Shown here in pieces: positions 16,691-27,028 of a DNA stretch of 55,484 nt. Each line of letters begins with the position of its first letter. Positions within the stretch are counted from its first letter, which is position 1. The notes beneath the pieces are model-generated. The model was not told where the DNA came from and ran no database searches. It was given only the letters and a program-made list of their open reading frames with translations. The DNA is from Bacteroidales bacterium. GTDB lineage: Bacteria; Bacteroidota; Bacteroidia; Bacteroidales; ML635J-15. The DNA lies in the NCBI GenBank assembly GCA_031284905.1, contig JAITXI010000120.1, positions 1-55,484 on the forward strand. The letters are read 5' to 3'. The position numbers and the translations under genes were made by a program.

Positions 16691-18103
16691 GTGAACAAAA
16701 ATTTTAATTACAAAAAAATCTTCCGATATTTATATTTTATTATTGGTATTTTTTCTGCAAATAATATTTCTGCACAAAAATTCAAAGAAAATGATTATTT
16801 TATCGAATGCGGTCTAAGTTACGGAATGGCGCTTTATCATCCTGAAGGTTCTGTTTATTTAAAAGATTTTTATTATCCGAGAGCTGAAATCCGATTCGGT
16901 AAACAATCTATAGGCGAAAATCAATGGGAAAAAATGTTAAACTTTCCAAAATATGGTGTAACGCTAAGATATACAAGCTATTGGGATTTCCTTGATACAC
17001 AATCTGAATGGAAAGAACGCAATAAAGTTTTAGGACAAAGCATTGCCGCTTTTGGATATTTTCAAGGAACAATAATTCGTTATAAATGGTTTTCGTGGAA
17101 TTATCAATTAGGAATGGGAGCTGCGTATTTCACAAAAATTTACAAATCGGATGTTTACTATAAACCTGATAATACGATAGTTGATAATTATGAAAACCGG
17201 GTTGAACGAGGAATGTCGGTTGATGAATATGTTCTGAATTGGGAAAACCCGAATAATTATTTATCTCCTAACAAAGATGGAAGTTGGAGTAGCAATGAAT
17301 ATATGACAGAAAGGAATCATAATTGTTTGATTTCATTGCATGTAACTCCTTATATAAATTTACAAAGTGGTTTTGATTTTAAATTAACAAATCAATTAGA
17401 TTTGAGCTTGCAGGCATGTTTCAATCATGCCTCTAATGCAAGTATGAATATGCCAAATTATGGAATTAATGAAGTTCAAGCAATTGCTAGTATTCGTTAT
17501 CATTTTAATCCGGGCAAAGAAATTGTAAAACTTGATTCATTTCCAAAACACAAACAATTAAATTCATTATTTTTTACTATTGACCCGGGTTGGCTGATAG
17601 CTCGTTATGATAATAATTATTGGTTAAAAGCAGGTACAAGTATTGGATATATGCGAAAAATTTTGCCAATATTAAACATTGGAGCTTCTTTTGAATTTTG
17701 TTACGTTCGTTATTTATCACATTCAAAAGATTATAATTATGATGAATGGGAAAAAGAAAATTCAGAACGAATAAAAATGCCACATAATTTTCATACGGAA
17801 GCATTTTATGCTTTTACAGAATTAATTTTTGGACGATTTGCCTTTCATGTTGGAGTAGGTGCTTATATTGCAAAAGGACCCGGACAAGCAAGAATAATGG
17901 ATTTGGCTCAAAATTGGGATGGTGGCGGTACATTAAAACGTTATCCTCCGGTATATGAAAAAGTAGGTTTAAGAATTTATTTAGGGAAAAACCAAAATCA
18001 TTTTGTAGGAGCTTCTATCAGAGCACATTTTCCGGTTGCCGATTATCTTGCTTTCACTTATGGATATAAATTTTTCAATTTTAATGATGTAAAAAGACGA
18101 TAA
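16691..18103 (+). CDS. outer-membrane protein, PagL-like acyloxyacyl hydrolase (lipid A deacylase family) candidate
   Basis: 470 aa with a signal peptide ending ..NNISAQ. It has an HxSN...PNxGxN-type motif (FNHASNASMNMPNYGIN) and a beta-barrel-like C-terminus (..ADYLAFTYGYKFF). Confidence 0.55.
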   Translation: MNKNFNYKKIFRYLYFIIGIFSANNISAQKFKENDYFIECGLSYGMALYHPEGSVYLKDFYYPRAEIRFGKQSIGENQWEKMLNFPKYGVTLRYTSYWDFLDTQSEWKERNKVLGQSIAAFGYFQGTIIRYKWFSWNYQLGMGAAYFTKIYKSDVYYKPDNTIVDNYENRVERGMSVDEYVLNWENPNNYLSPNKDGSWSSNEYMTERNHNCLISLHVTPYINLQSGFDFKLTNQLDLSLQACFNHASNASMNMPNYGINEVQAIASIRYHFNPGKEIVKLDSFPKHKQLNSLFFTIDPGWLIARYDNNYWLKAGTSIGYMRKILPILNIGASFEFCYVRYLSHSKDYNYDEWEKENSERIKMPHNFHTEAFYAFTELIFGRFAFHVGVGAYIAKGPGQARIMDLAQNWDGGGTLKRYPPVYEKVGLRIYLGKNQNHFVGASIRAHFPVADYLAFTYGYKFFNFNDVKRR

Positions 18104-18638
18104 ATTTTGTCCACTTGAACTAAACAACTCTTATTTCAGCCTAAATTTGTCCATTATACCATAATCGCTTTATTTTTATATCACAAAAATACAATTGTTT
18201 TTGAAAAAAATAAATATACATTATTTTAAAACATAGCCTAAAATATTTTAAATTTTATAATAATGAGAGATTTCATCAAAGTTTAGATTATAATACCATT
18301 TATACATACAAATCAGTCCAAAGTTTCAATGGTATTCAGTAATCAATACTGAATGCCAAATAATTTTCAGAATGAAATAAATTTATAAATGGTATAACAT
18401 GCCGTATAATATTTATAAAAATATCAAAAAAATAAAAATGATTAAATTTGCAGTGATAATTAAAATAATTCCAAAGCACTTTTAACGAACGAAAAATTGA
18501 GAGTAAAATACCTATAATTGATTTATGTTAAACTCAAATAGCGTTATACAAACAGTTTACGTTTTGTAGTGGTCAATTTGGTTTATGGTATTAAAAAAAA
18601 TATTTCAATTATTTATCGAAAAGTATAGGAATATTTTG

Positions 18639-19208
18639 TCAATAAATAATTTTTTGTTCAATAAAATCAATTAAAGAATGAATTATCTTAATATGAATTT
18701 CCTGAATTCTGTCGGAATATTTTGACATTGGGGTTCTTATTTCGACATCGGCTAAATCTTTCAATATTCCTCCATCTTTGCCGGTAAGCGCAATAACTTT
18801 CATGTGTTTAAGTTTTGCAGATTTCACGGCTTCAATAATATTTTTAGAATTACCACTTGTACTAATTGCTAACAAAACATCATTGGAAGATGCAATTGCT
18901 TCAATATATCGAGAGAAAATATATTCCAAACCAAAATCGTTTGCAGTACAAGTGATATGAGCTGGGTCAGAAATTGCAATTGCCGGTATTGGTTTACGTT
19001 TTTCTCGATAGCTACCCGAAAGTTCTTCGGCAAAGTGCATTGCATCGCTCATAGAACCACCATTTCCACAACTAAAAACTTTCCCTCCGGTTTTTATTGA
19101 ATCTACAATCATATTTCCTGCAATTTCAATTTTTTTGAAATTTTCCGGATTATTATTAAATTCGGTAAGCACTTGTAAGGCTTCATCAAAATGTTCTTTT
19201 ATTGACAT
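18639..19208 (-). CDS. gmhA: D-sedoheptulose-7-phosphate isomerase (SIS domain)
   Basis: 189 aa with [17 protein letters not shown] and ..[11 protein letters not shown].. blocks typical of GmhA. Confidence 0.9.
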   Translation of the reverse strand: MSIKEHFDEALQVLTEFNNNPENFKKIEIAGNMIVDSIKTGGKVFSCGNGGSMSDAMHFAEELSGSYREKRKPIPAIAISDPAHITCTANDFGLEYIFSRYIEAIASSNDVLLAISTSGNSKNIIEAVKSAKLKHMKVIALTGKDGGILKDLADVEIRTPMSKYSDRIQEIHIKIIHSLIDFIEQKIIY

Positions 19209-19211
19209 AAT

Positions 19212-19616
19212 TTATATATATTTTTTAATGTTATCTATAATCCATTCGGGACATCTTACTGCTCTAAATGTCTTATTATCAACAAACGACAGCGTTATAG
19301 TAGCTTTGTTTAATAAAACATTTTCAGGAGAATACATTTCATGATAAACCACTAATTTAGCCATTGGAAGTTTTTCAATTCTAGTTACGACTCTTATAAT
19401 CCAATCGAACTGTGCCGGAAGAATGTAATCAACTTGAACTTTAATTACAGGCATAATAATTCCATAATCCATAATTGCAGAAATTGGAGTTTTTATTTGG
19501 TCTAAAAAATCGGCACGAGCAGCTTCATAAATACGCAAATAATTTGCATAATAAACTACTCCCATAGCATCTGTATCTGCATATAAAATTCGATGTTTAT
19601 ATTCAAGTTCAATCAT
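19212..19616 (-). CDS. acyl-CoA thioesterase, YbgC/4HBT family
   Basis: 134 aa with the hotdog-fold signature YADTDAMGVVYYANYLRIYEAAR. Confidence 0.85.
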   Translation of the reverse strand: MIELEYKHRILYADTDAMGVVYYANYLRIYEAARADFLDQIKTPISAIMDYGIIMPVIKVQVDYILPAQFDWIIRVVTRIEKLPMAKLVVYHEMYSPENVLLNKATITLSFVDNKTFRAVRCPEWIIDNIKKYI

Positions 19617-20190
19617 TATTTTGTAATTTTAGATAAATTTCTCTTGTTATCCACGAGTCTATCGCTGCATATTTTATTTGTTTTTCAGATAAAATATCTG
19701 CTTCCCAATTGCTTAATTGCTGTCGTTTTGAAATTCTTATAGAAAGGATTAATGCAGAAAGTTTTTTTAAGCCTAACTCTTCTATTCCATTTTTTTTTGC
19801 GATTGTCTGTAAATCTATAAAACCTGCCGGCTCAAAATTTTGATATTTTCTCAAATTATGTAAATCATCACGAAGCGCCAACCCAATTTTAAGAAAATTT
19901 GGAGATGATAAAAAATTAATTAAATCTACTTGTAATCCTATTTTATTTAAACGAAACAAATATGTAATTTTGTCTGAGCTTAGTTGTAATAAAGCTGGTT
20001 TTCTTGCAACATCTCCAGCATTAAAAATTGGTTTTGTTTCAGTATCAAATCCCCAAATTTTTTCTTCAAATAAGTTATTTTTTATATTATTAAAATCTGA
20101 AACATTATCAACTACAACTATATTTCCAGTATAATGAAATATCGGCATTTTTTCTATTTCTTCTTTAGAAATTGTAGAATTATACTTCAT
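19609..20190 (-). CDS. 3'-5' exonuclease domain protein (RNase D/DnaQ-like)
   Basis: 193 aa with the ExoI-like block GFDTET and the C-terminal block ..QIKYAAIDSW.. . It overlaps neighbouring genes in an operon-like arrangement. Confidence 0.8.
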   Translation of the reverse strand: MKYNSTISKEEIEKMPIFHYTGNIVVVDNVSDFNNIKNNLFEEKIWGFDTETKPIFNAGDVARKPALLQLSSDKITYLFRLNKIGLQVDLINFLSSPNFLKIGLALRDDLHNLRKYQNFEPAGFIDLQTIAKKNGIEELGLKKLSALILSIRISKRQQLSNWEADILSEKQIKYAAIDSWITREIYLKLQNND

Positions 20191-20725
20191 CAGAAAGTAA
20201 TTTAGTATTTAGATTATTCAGATTTTGGAGTAAGATTAAAGTTCTAATTCCCCAATAACTATAAAAATTTTCATGACATTCATTTAATGCAGCAATCATT
20301 AATTCTTCATTTTCAGTTTTGTATGCACCAATTAAATCGCCCATTTCTTGATACAAATCTGCGTAAAGTTCTGAAAGCGGAACATTCATATAATCAGAAT
20401 CAGAAATAATATTATTGTCTTGAAGTTGGACAAAAACATCATCCTCGTCTAAAATTTCTGAAATTACATTTTGAAAATATGACCAATGAACTTCGTTTAC
20501 AAATTTTTCAATAAAAGCATTGTCACAATCATTATTGCTATCACAATGTTCAATTTTAGCAACAAACAGTACTTTATGATATAACAATGAAAGCATTTTT
20601 AGTGAATTAGTAATAAAATCATTTTTTTGAAACTCTTTGGCATTTTCTAAAAGCACTAAATATTCTTTTGCTACTGCTACAAATTCTATACTTTCCTTTT
20701 TATATAAAATTGAATGATTTGTCAT
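20180..20725 (-). CDS. conserved hypothetical protein (DUF5063-like by recollection of synteny with the exonuclease)
   Basis: 181-aa acidic helical protein. Family assignment is from memory of Bacteroidota synteny and was not verified. Confidence 0.5.
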   Translation of the reverse strand: MTNHSILYKKESIEFVAVAKEYLVLLENAKEFQKNDFITNSLKMLSLLYHKVLFVAKIEHCDSNNDCDNAFIEKFVNEVHWSYFQNVISEILDEDDVFVQLQDNNIISDSDYMNVPLSELYADLYQEMGDLIGAYKTENEELMIAALNECHENFYSYWGIRTLILLQNLNNLNTKLLSDEV

Positions 20726-20780
20726 TATTTTTTTTGCAAAATTAATATATTTTTTTTTATAATATCAAAATTAATTATTT

Positions 20781-22796
<2,016 letters not shown>

Positions 22797-22960
22797 TTAG
22801 TTTTCGCAAATTCAACTAATAAATGCAATTTTTAGGAGATAGAAAAGATAAAAAAAATATTTCATTTTTTAGATATTATATATAATGCAGGCAAGAAGAT
22901 AGAGTATCGACAATTCATAAAATTGAACATTATTTTTAATAGTTATGAAATATATTACAT

Positions 22961-23046
22961 GTTTGTGGTCGCATACCTAACGGCATGCGAGATATGATTT
23001 TGTTTCCCTTTTTACCGAGCGAAGCATACCTAATTTTGTACGCACT
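22961..23046. repeat. two-hairpin repeat element, copy A
   Basis: GGTCGCATACCTAACGGCATGCGA (6-bp stem TCGCAT/ATGCGA) ... TTTTACCGAGCGAAGCATACCTAATTTTGTACGC. It aligns in direct orientation with 34713-34797. Confidence 0.6.
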
Positions 23047-23598
23047 GATTATTTAAAACAATTATAAAGAAGCAATAAAAAAATAAATAAATTTGTTTTA
23101 ATTAAAAATTATGTTATAGATTTGTAAAATAATTTTTAAAAAATAATAAACTTTAAAAAAATTCAGGTTGCTCAACGTGTACTGACGAATTGAAATTGTT
23201 TTTTAATAAAAATTATTAAAATATTTGAAAAGAAACCATTTTATTTCATTTATTCAGGTTTATCTAATGAAGTTGCTGATATTGAAGATTATAAAAATAT
23301 AAAAAAAACTAAAATTGTTAAAAGATACATTAGGCAGTATAAAATATTTTACAATAAAAGAAAATAAATTTAGCACTTTAGCTCCACGATTAACAGTAGT
23401 AAAAAACAATAAAATCATTTTAGATACAAACTATGATTGGCTTCATATTCAATCAGATTTAATACCAACGCTACTCGAAAATTTAGATATAAAATAACTA
23501 TTTTTCTAATTACAAAACATAATATATTAATTAAAGTCTGCGATTTAAAGCATAAAAGATAATGAATAAAAAAATTTTGTAAATTAGTAAAAAAATAT

Positions 23599-23606
23599 TA
23601 CTTTTG
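23599..23606 (+). promoter_or_regulatory. -7 promoter box (TACTTTTG) for rpsP-rimM
   Basis: Part of the shared 16-mer AAAAATATTACTTTTG, 59 nt upstream of the rpsP ATG. Confidence 0.5.
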
Positions 23607-23664
23607 CAACTCGGTTCGAGAAACTGAATTTAATAATAAGTTTAATAAAAAAACAAAGTAAATT

Positions 23665-24234
23665 ATGGCAGTTAGATTAAGACTAGCAAGACATGGTAGT
23701 AAAAAAAGACCTTATTACTACATTGTAGCTGCAGATAGCAGAGCACCACGTGATGGTCATTTTATCGAAAGGATAGGTTCGTATAATCCAATGACAAATC
23801 CGGCAACAATAAATTTGGATTTCGACAAAGCCTTGGCTTGGATTCATAACGGAGCTCAACCAAGCGACACAGTAAAAAGAATTTTGTCTTATAAAGGTGT
23901 TTTTATGAAAAAACACTTATTAGACGGAGTAAAAAAAGGTGCTTTTGACGAAGCTACAGCCGAAATGAAATATCAAAAATGGCTTGAAGAAAAAGAACAA
24001 AAAATTAGAAACAAAGTTAGCGATTTGGAATTAAAAAAACGTAATACAAAAAAAGAAATTTTAGCTGCTGAAGCTAAAGTTAATGAATTACGTGCTGCTG
24101 AAATCGCTAAAAAACGTTTAGCTGTTCTTGAAGCTCAAAAAGTAATTGAAGCACAAGCACAAGCGCAAACTGAAACTATTACTACTGAAACTGAAAAAGT
24201 GGAAACTGTTGAAGTTATAGAAACAGTAGAATAA
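23665..24234 (+). CDS. rpsP: 30S ribosomal protein S16 with long K/E/A-rich C-terminal extension
   Basis: N-terminus [42 protein letters not shown] is canonical S16. About 100 aa of low-complexity charged tail follow. Confidence 0.93.
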   Translation: MAVRLRLARHGSKKRPYYYIVAADSRAPRDGHFIERIGSYNPMTNPATINLDFDKALAWIHNGAQPSDTVKRILSYKGVFMKKHLLDGVKKGAFDEATAEMKYQKWLEEKEQKIRNKVSDLELKKRNTKKEILAAEAKVNELRAAEIAKKRLAVLEAQKVIEAQAQAQTETITTETEKVETVEVIETVE

Positions 24235-24244
24235 TATCCTTAAA

Positions 24245-24781
24245 ATGGTTTTTGATAATAAAAATTTAATTTTAATAGGATTTATCAGAAAACCATACAA
24301 ATTTAACGGATTTTTAAATGTAGTAATTTTAGAAGAATTTTCTTCGGAAATATTTAATAAAGATGAGCCGGTGTTCCTTAATATCAATGGAATACCGGTT
24401 CCTTTTTTTATTGAAGATATAAAAGTTCGGAATAATAATTTAGCTGTAAAGTTTAAACATATAGATTCAGAGTATGAAGCTGAAAATTATAAAAATACTG
24501 AGCTATTTTTAGATGAGAAATATCTATATACATTTAGAGAAGAAGCTGATTTAGAATTAGATGATGATTTTGTAGGTTTTGAGGTTTATGATAAAAAATT
24601 TGGTTTTATCGGAAAAGTTACAGAGTTAAATTTAATACCGGGTAATCCTGTAATTGAAACAGATTTTAATGGAAAAAATTTAGTACTTCCTTTTGCAGAA
24701 AATTTTGTCGAAAATATTGATTATGAACAAGAAAAAATTTTTTTAACCACTCCTGACGGATTAATTGAAATTTTTTTATAA
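24245..24781 (+). CDS. rimM: 16S rRNA processing protein RimM
   Basis: 178 aa immediately downstream of rpsP. RimM-like N-terminus (LIGFIRKPYKFNGFL) and PRC-barrel-like C-terminus. Confidence 0.85.
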   Translation: MVFDNKNLILIGFIRKPYKFNGFLNVVILEEFSSEIFNKDEPVFLNINGIPVPFFIEDIKVRNNNLAVKFKHIDSEYEAENYKNTELFLDEKYLYTFREEADLELDDDFVGFEVYDKKFGFIGKVTELNLIPGNPVIETDFNGKNLVLPFAENFVENIDYEQEKIFLTTPDGLIEIFL

Positions 24782-25120
24782 AACTAATCACTTTTATATA
24801 TTCGCAAATAGTAAAAGAATGGAAGAAAAGAATTTATTTGATAAATTCACCATTTAACGATTTTTAAATGAATTTGCTAAAATTAAAATTATATACTTGC
24901 AAAATATTGAACCAATAAAATTTGAAATATCTATAAAAACAAACCGAAATCTTAGCCGGCATTGAGCAAAATAACCAATATCAAAAAATGCAATTTTACC
25001 AAAATATACTCCAAAGAATGTTCGATATTAGTTAATAATAAACCGTTTGTATTTTTAGACTTTGTGAAAATTTGCCTTTTATATTTGTTTTTTGGGGGAA
25101 ATTTTGTTCAAGTTTGATTA

Positions 25121-25327
25121 ATGCGTATCCATGCTGAAATATTTTATAAAGTGAATAATATCATTATCGGGTGGAAAAAGCAAACTGTTTTATGTCCATT
25201 TTTAGTTAACGGTACAACATAGATTATAACAAAATCACTTGATAGAAAATTTATCGGTGTTGAAATTGGCAAAGAATATGTTGATACAGCTTTTAATTTA
25301 GTCCTGAATATGGAATTTTCTATTTAA
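25121..25327 (+). pseudogene. N4/N6 DNA methyltransferase remnant
   Basis: A single frame reads MRIHAEIFYKVNNIIIGWKKQTVLCPFLVNGTT*IITKSLDRKFIGVEIGKEYVDTAFNL. It retains the IIW.K-like block and a degenerate DPFxGSGTT...A..LGRKFIGxEi motif-I region. It has an in-frame TAG and a large internal deletion. Confidence 0.55.
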
Positions 25328-25393
25328 AATTCAATTTTTAATATTATTTTTGTAAGTTAAAATGATTTTTAACATTTTTTTTAAATAATATAT

Positions 25394-25401
25394 TAAATTT
25401 G
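25394..25401 (+). promoter_or_regulatory. -7 promoter box (TAAATTTG) for dut
   Basis: TAnnTTTG match 15 nt upstream of the ATG at 25416. Confidence 0.45.
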
Positions 25402-25415
25402 TCTCTTTATATTTT

Positions 25416-25850
25416 ATGAAAATAAAAATTATAAACAAATCGAAACATGAATTGCCACAATATTCAACTGCTTTATCTGCCGGAATGGATTTACGTGCAA
25501 ATTTAGAAGAATCAATAATTTTAAAACCATTGGAGCGTAAATTAATTCCAACAGGTTTTTTTATAGAACTTCCGGAAGGTTATGAAGCACAAATTCGTCC
25601 GAGAAGTGGTTTGGCAATAAAACACGGAATTACTGTATTAAATGCTCCCGGTACAATTGATGCAGACTATCGTGGAGAAATTTGCGTTATCTTAATAAAT
25701 CTCTCAACTTCAGAATTTGAAATTAAAAATGGGGAAAGAATTTGTCAGATGATAATTTCTTCGCATGAAAAAGTTGATTGGGAACAAGTAGATATTCTGA
25801 CTGATACAGAAAGAGGTACAGGAGGATTTGGGCATACTGGAAAGAATTAA
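25416..25850 (+). CDS. dut: dUTP diphosphatase
   Basis: 144 aa with motifs [29 protein letters not shown] and [11 protein letters not shown]. Confidence 0.95.
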   Translation: MKIKIINKSKHELPQYSTALSAGMDLRANLEESIILKPLERKLIPTGFFIELPEGYEAQIRPRSGLAIKHGITVLNAPGTIDADYRGEICVILINLSTSEFEIKNGERICQMIISSHEKVDWEQVDILTDTERGTGGFGHTGKN

Positions 25851-25972
25851 TAATCGTAAATTTAGGATAGACCGCTTTGCTGAAAGACGGGCGAATGGGT
25901 AACGGACTAAAGTTAAAAATGACGAAAGTATGATACAATCTAAAATCTTAATAATTTCAAAATCTCATTTGT

Positions 25973-25999
25973 TAATTTTGTAAATCTATGTTAATTTTG
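25973..25999 (+). promoter_or_regulatory. tandemly duplicated -7 boxes (GTTAATTTTGTAAA x2)
   Basis: TAATTTTG occurs at 25973-25980 and again at 25992-25999 within a 19-bp direct duplication upstream of the ATG at 26021. Confidence 0.4.
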
Positions 26000-26020
26000 T
26001 AAAAAATCGCGAATCTAAAA

Positions 26021-27025
26021 ATGAAGATAATTATACCAATGGCCGGAATGGGTACTAGAATGAGACCACACACTCTCACAATTCCGAAACCATTAATAAC
26101 ATTAGCAGGAAAAACTATAGTAGAAAGATTAATTGAAGGATTACATGGCATCTGTAAAAAACCAATAAATGAAATAGCTTTTGTAATTGGTGATTTAGGG
26201 GAAATGTCAGAAGAATTATTAAAAAATATTGCAAAAAAGGTTGGTGCGGAAACAAAAATATATCATCAAAATCAAGCATTAGGAACGGCACATGCAGTTT
26301 GGTGTGCCGAAGAATCATTGGATGGCGAAATAATTATTGCTTTTGCAGATACTTTATTTTTTGCAGATTTTAATTTAAGTTCTGAAACAGATAGTACTAT
26401 TTGGGTACAAAAAGTTGAAAATCCGGAAGCATACGGGGTAGTATTAACAGATGAAAATAATAAAATTGTTAAATTTATAGAAAAACCGAAAGAAAAAATT
26501 AGCGATTTGGCAATTGTTGGAATTTATTATTTTAAGAATGGGAAAAAACTTCGAGAAGAATTAAATTATTTGATAGAAAATGATATTAAAAAAAATGGTG
26601 AATATCAATTGACGACAGTTCTCGAAAATATGAAAAATAAAGGATATATTTTTGATACTGCAAATATTAACGAATGGCTTGATTGTGGAAATAAAAATTT
26701 AACAATTCAAACTCATCAGCGAATCTTATCGAAAATATCCGAAACAAACACAACTTCAAATTCTGCGCATATAGAAAACTCAAGTATTATTCAACCATGT
26801 TTTATTGATAGTGATGTGAAAATATTTAATTCTGTAATAGGACCATATGTTTCTGTTCATAAAAATTCAACTATCAGAAATTCTGTAATAGAAAATTCAA
26901 TTATTCAGTCGGGAGTAGAAATTAATAATGCAAATATTTTTAATTCGATGATTGGAAATAATGCAAAAATTTCAGTCAAAAAGACAGAATTAAGTGTTGG
27001 AGATTATAATCAAATTGAAATATAA
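26021..27025 (+). CDS. sugar-phosphate nucleotidyltransferase with C-terminal left-handed beta-helix
   Basis: 334 aa. N-terminus MKIIIPMAGMGTRMRPHTLTIPKPL carries the G-x-G-T-R signature. The C-terminus has hexapeptide-like repeats (IENSSIIQP.., IRNSVIENSIIQSGVEI..). Confidence 0.8.
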   Translation: MKIIIPMAGMGTRMRPHTLTIPKPLITLAGKTIVERLIEGLHGICKKPINEIAFVIGDLGEMSEELLKNIAKKVGAETKIYHQNQALGTAHAVWCAEESLDGEIIIAFADTLFFADFNLSSETDSTIWVQKVENPEAYGVVLTDENNKIVKFIEKPKEKISDLAIVGIYYFKNGKKLREELNYLIENDIKKNGEYQLTTVLENMKNKGYIFDTANINEWLDCGNKNLTIQTHQRILSKISETNTTSNSAHIENSSIIQPCFIDSDVKIFNSVIGPYVSVHKNSTIRNSVIENSIIQSGVEINNANIFNSMIGNNAKISVKKTELSVGDYNQIEI

Positions 27026-27028
27026 ATT

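Noticed and set aside
18104-18200. Possible oriC, based on TTGTCCAC-like DnaA-box resemblance in a long intergenic region.
   Set aside because: There are only two weak box-like sequences with mismatches to TTATCCACA. No dnaA/dnaN or other origin-linked genes are adjacent. An AT-rich background makes such matches unremarkable.
23315-23497. 60-aa ORF in the ligA-rpsP intergenic region.
   Set aside because: No -7 box at an appropriate distance, no recognisable motif, and a composition typical of random AT-rich ORFs.
25861-25915. Locally GC-richer island downstream of dut (GGATAGACCGCTTTGCTGAAAGACGGGCGAATGGGTAACGGACTAAAG), considered as a small riboswitch (for example two ACGR loops as in guanidine-II) or a terminator.
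   Set aside because: I could not fold two convincing ACGR-capped hairpins or a stem followed by a T-run. The downstream gene is not a typical target. It is left unassigned. A 71-aa antisense ORF here has no support.
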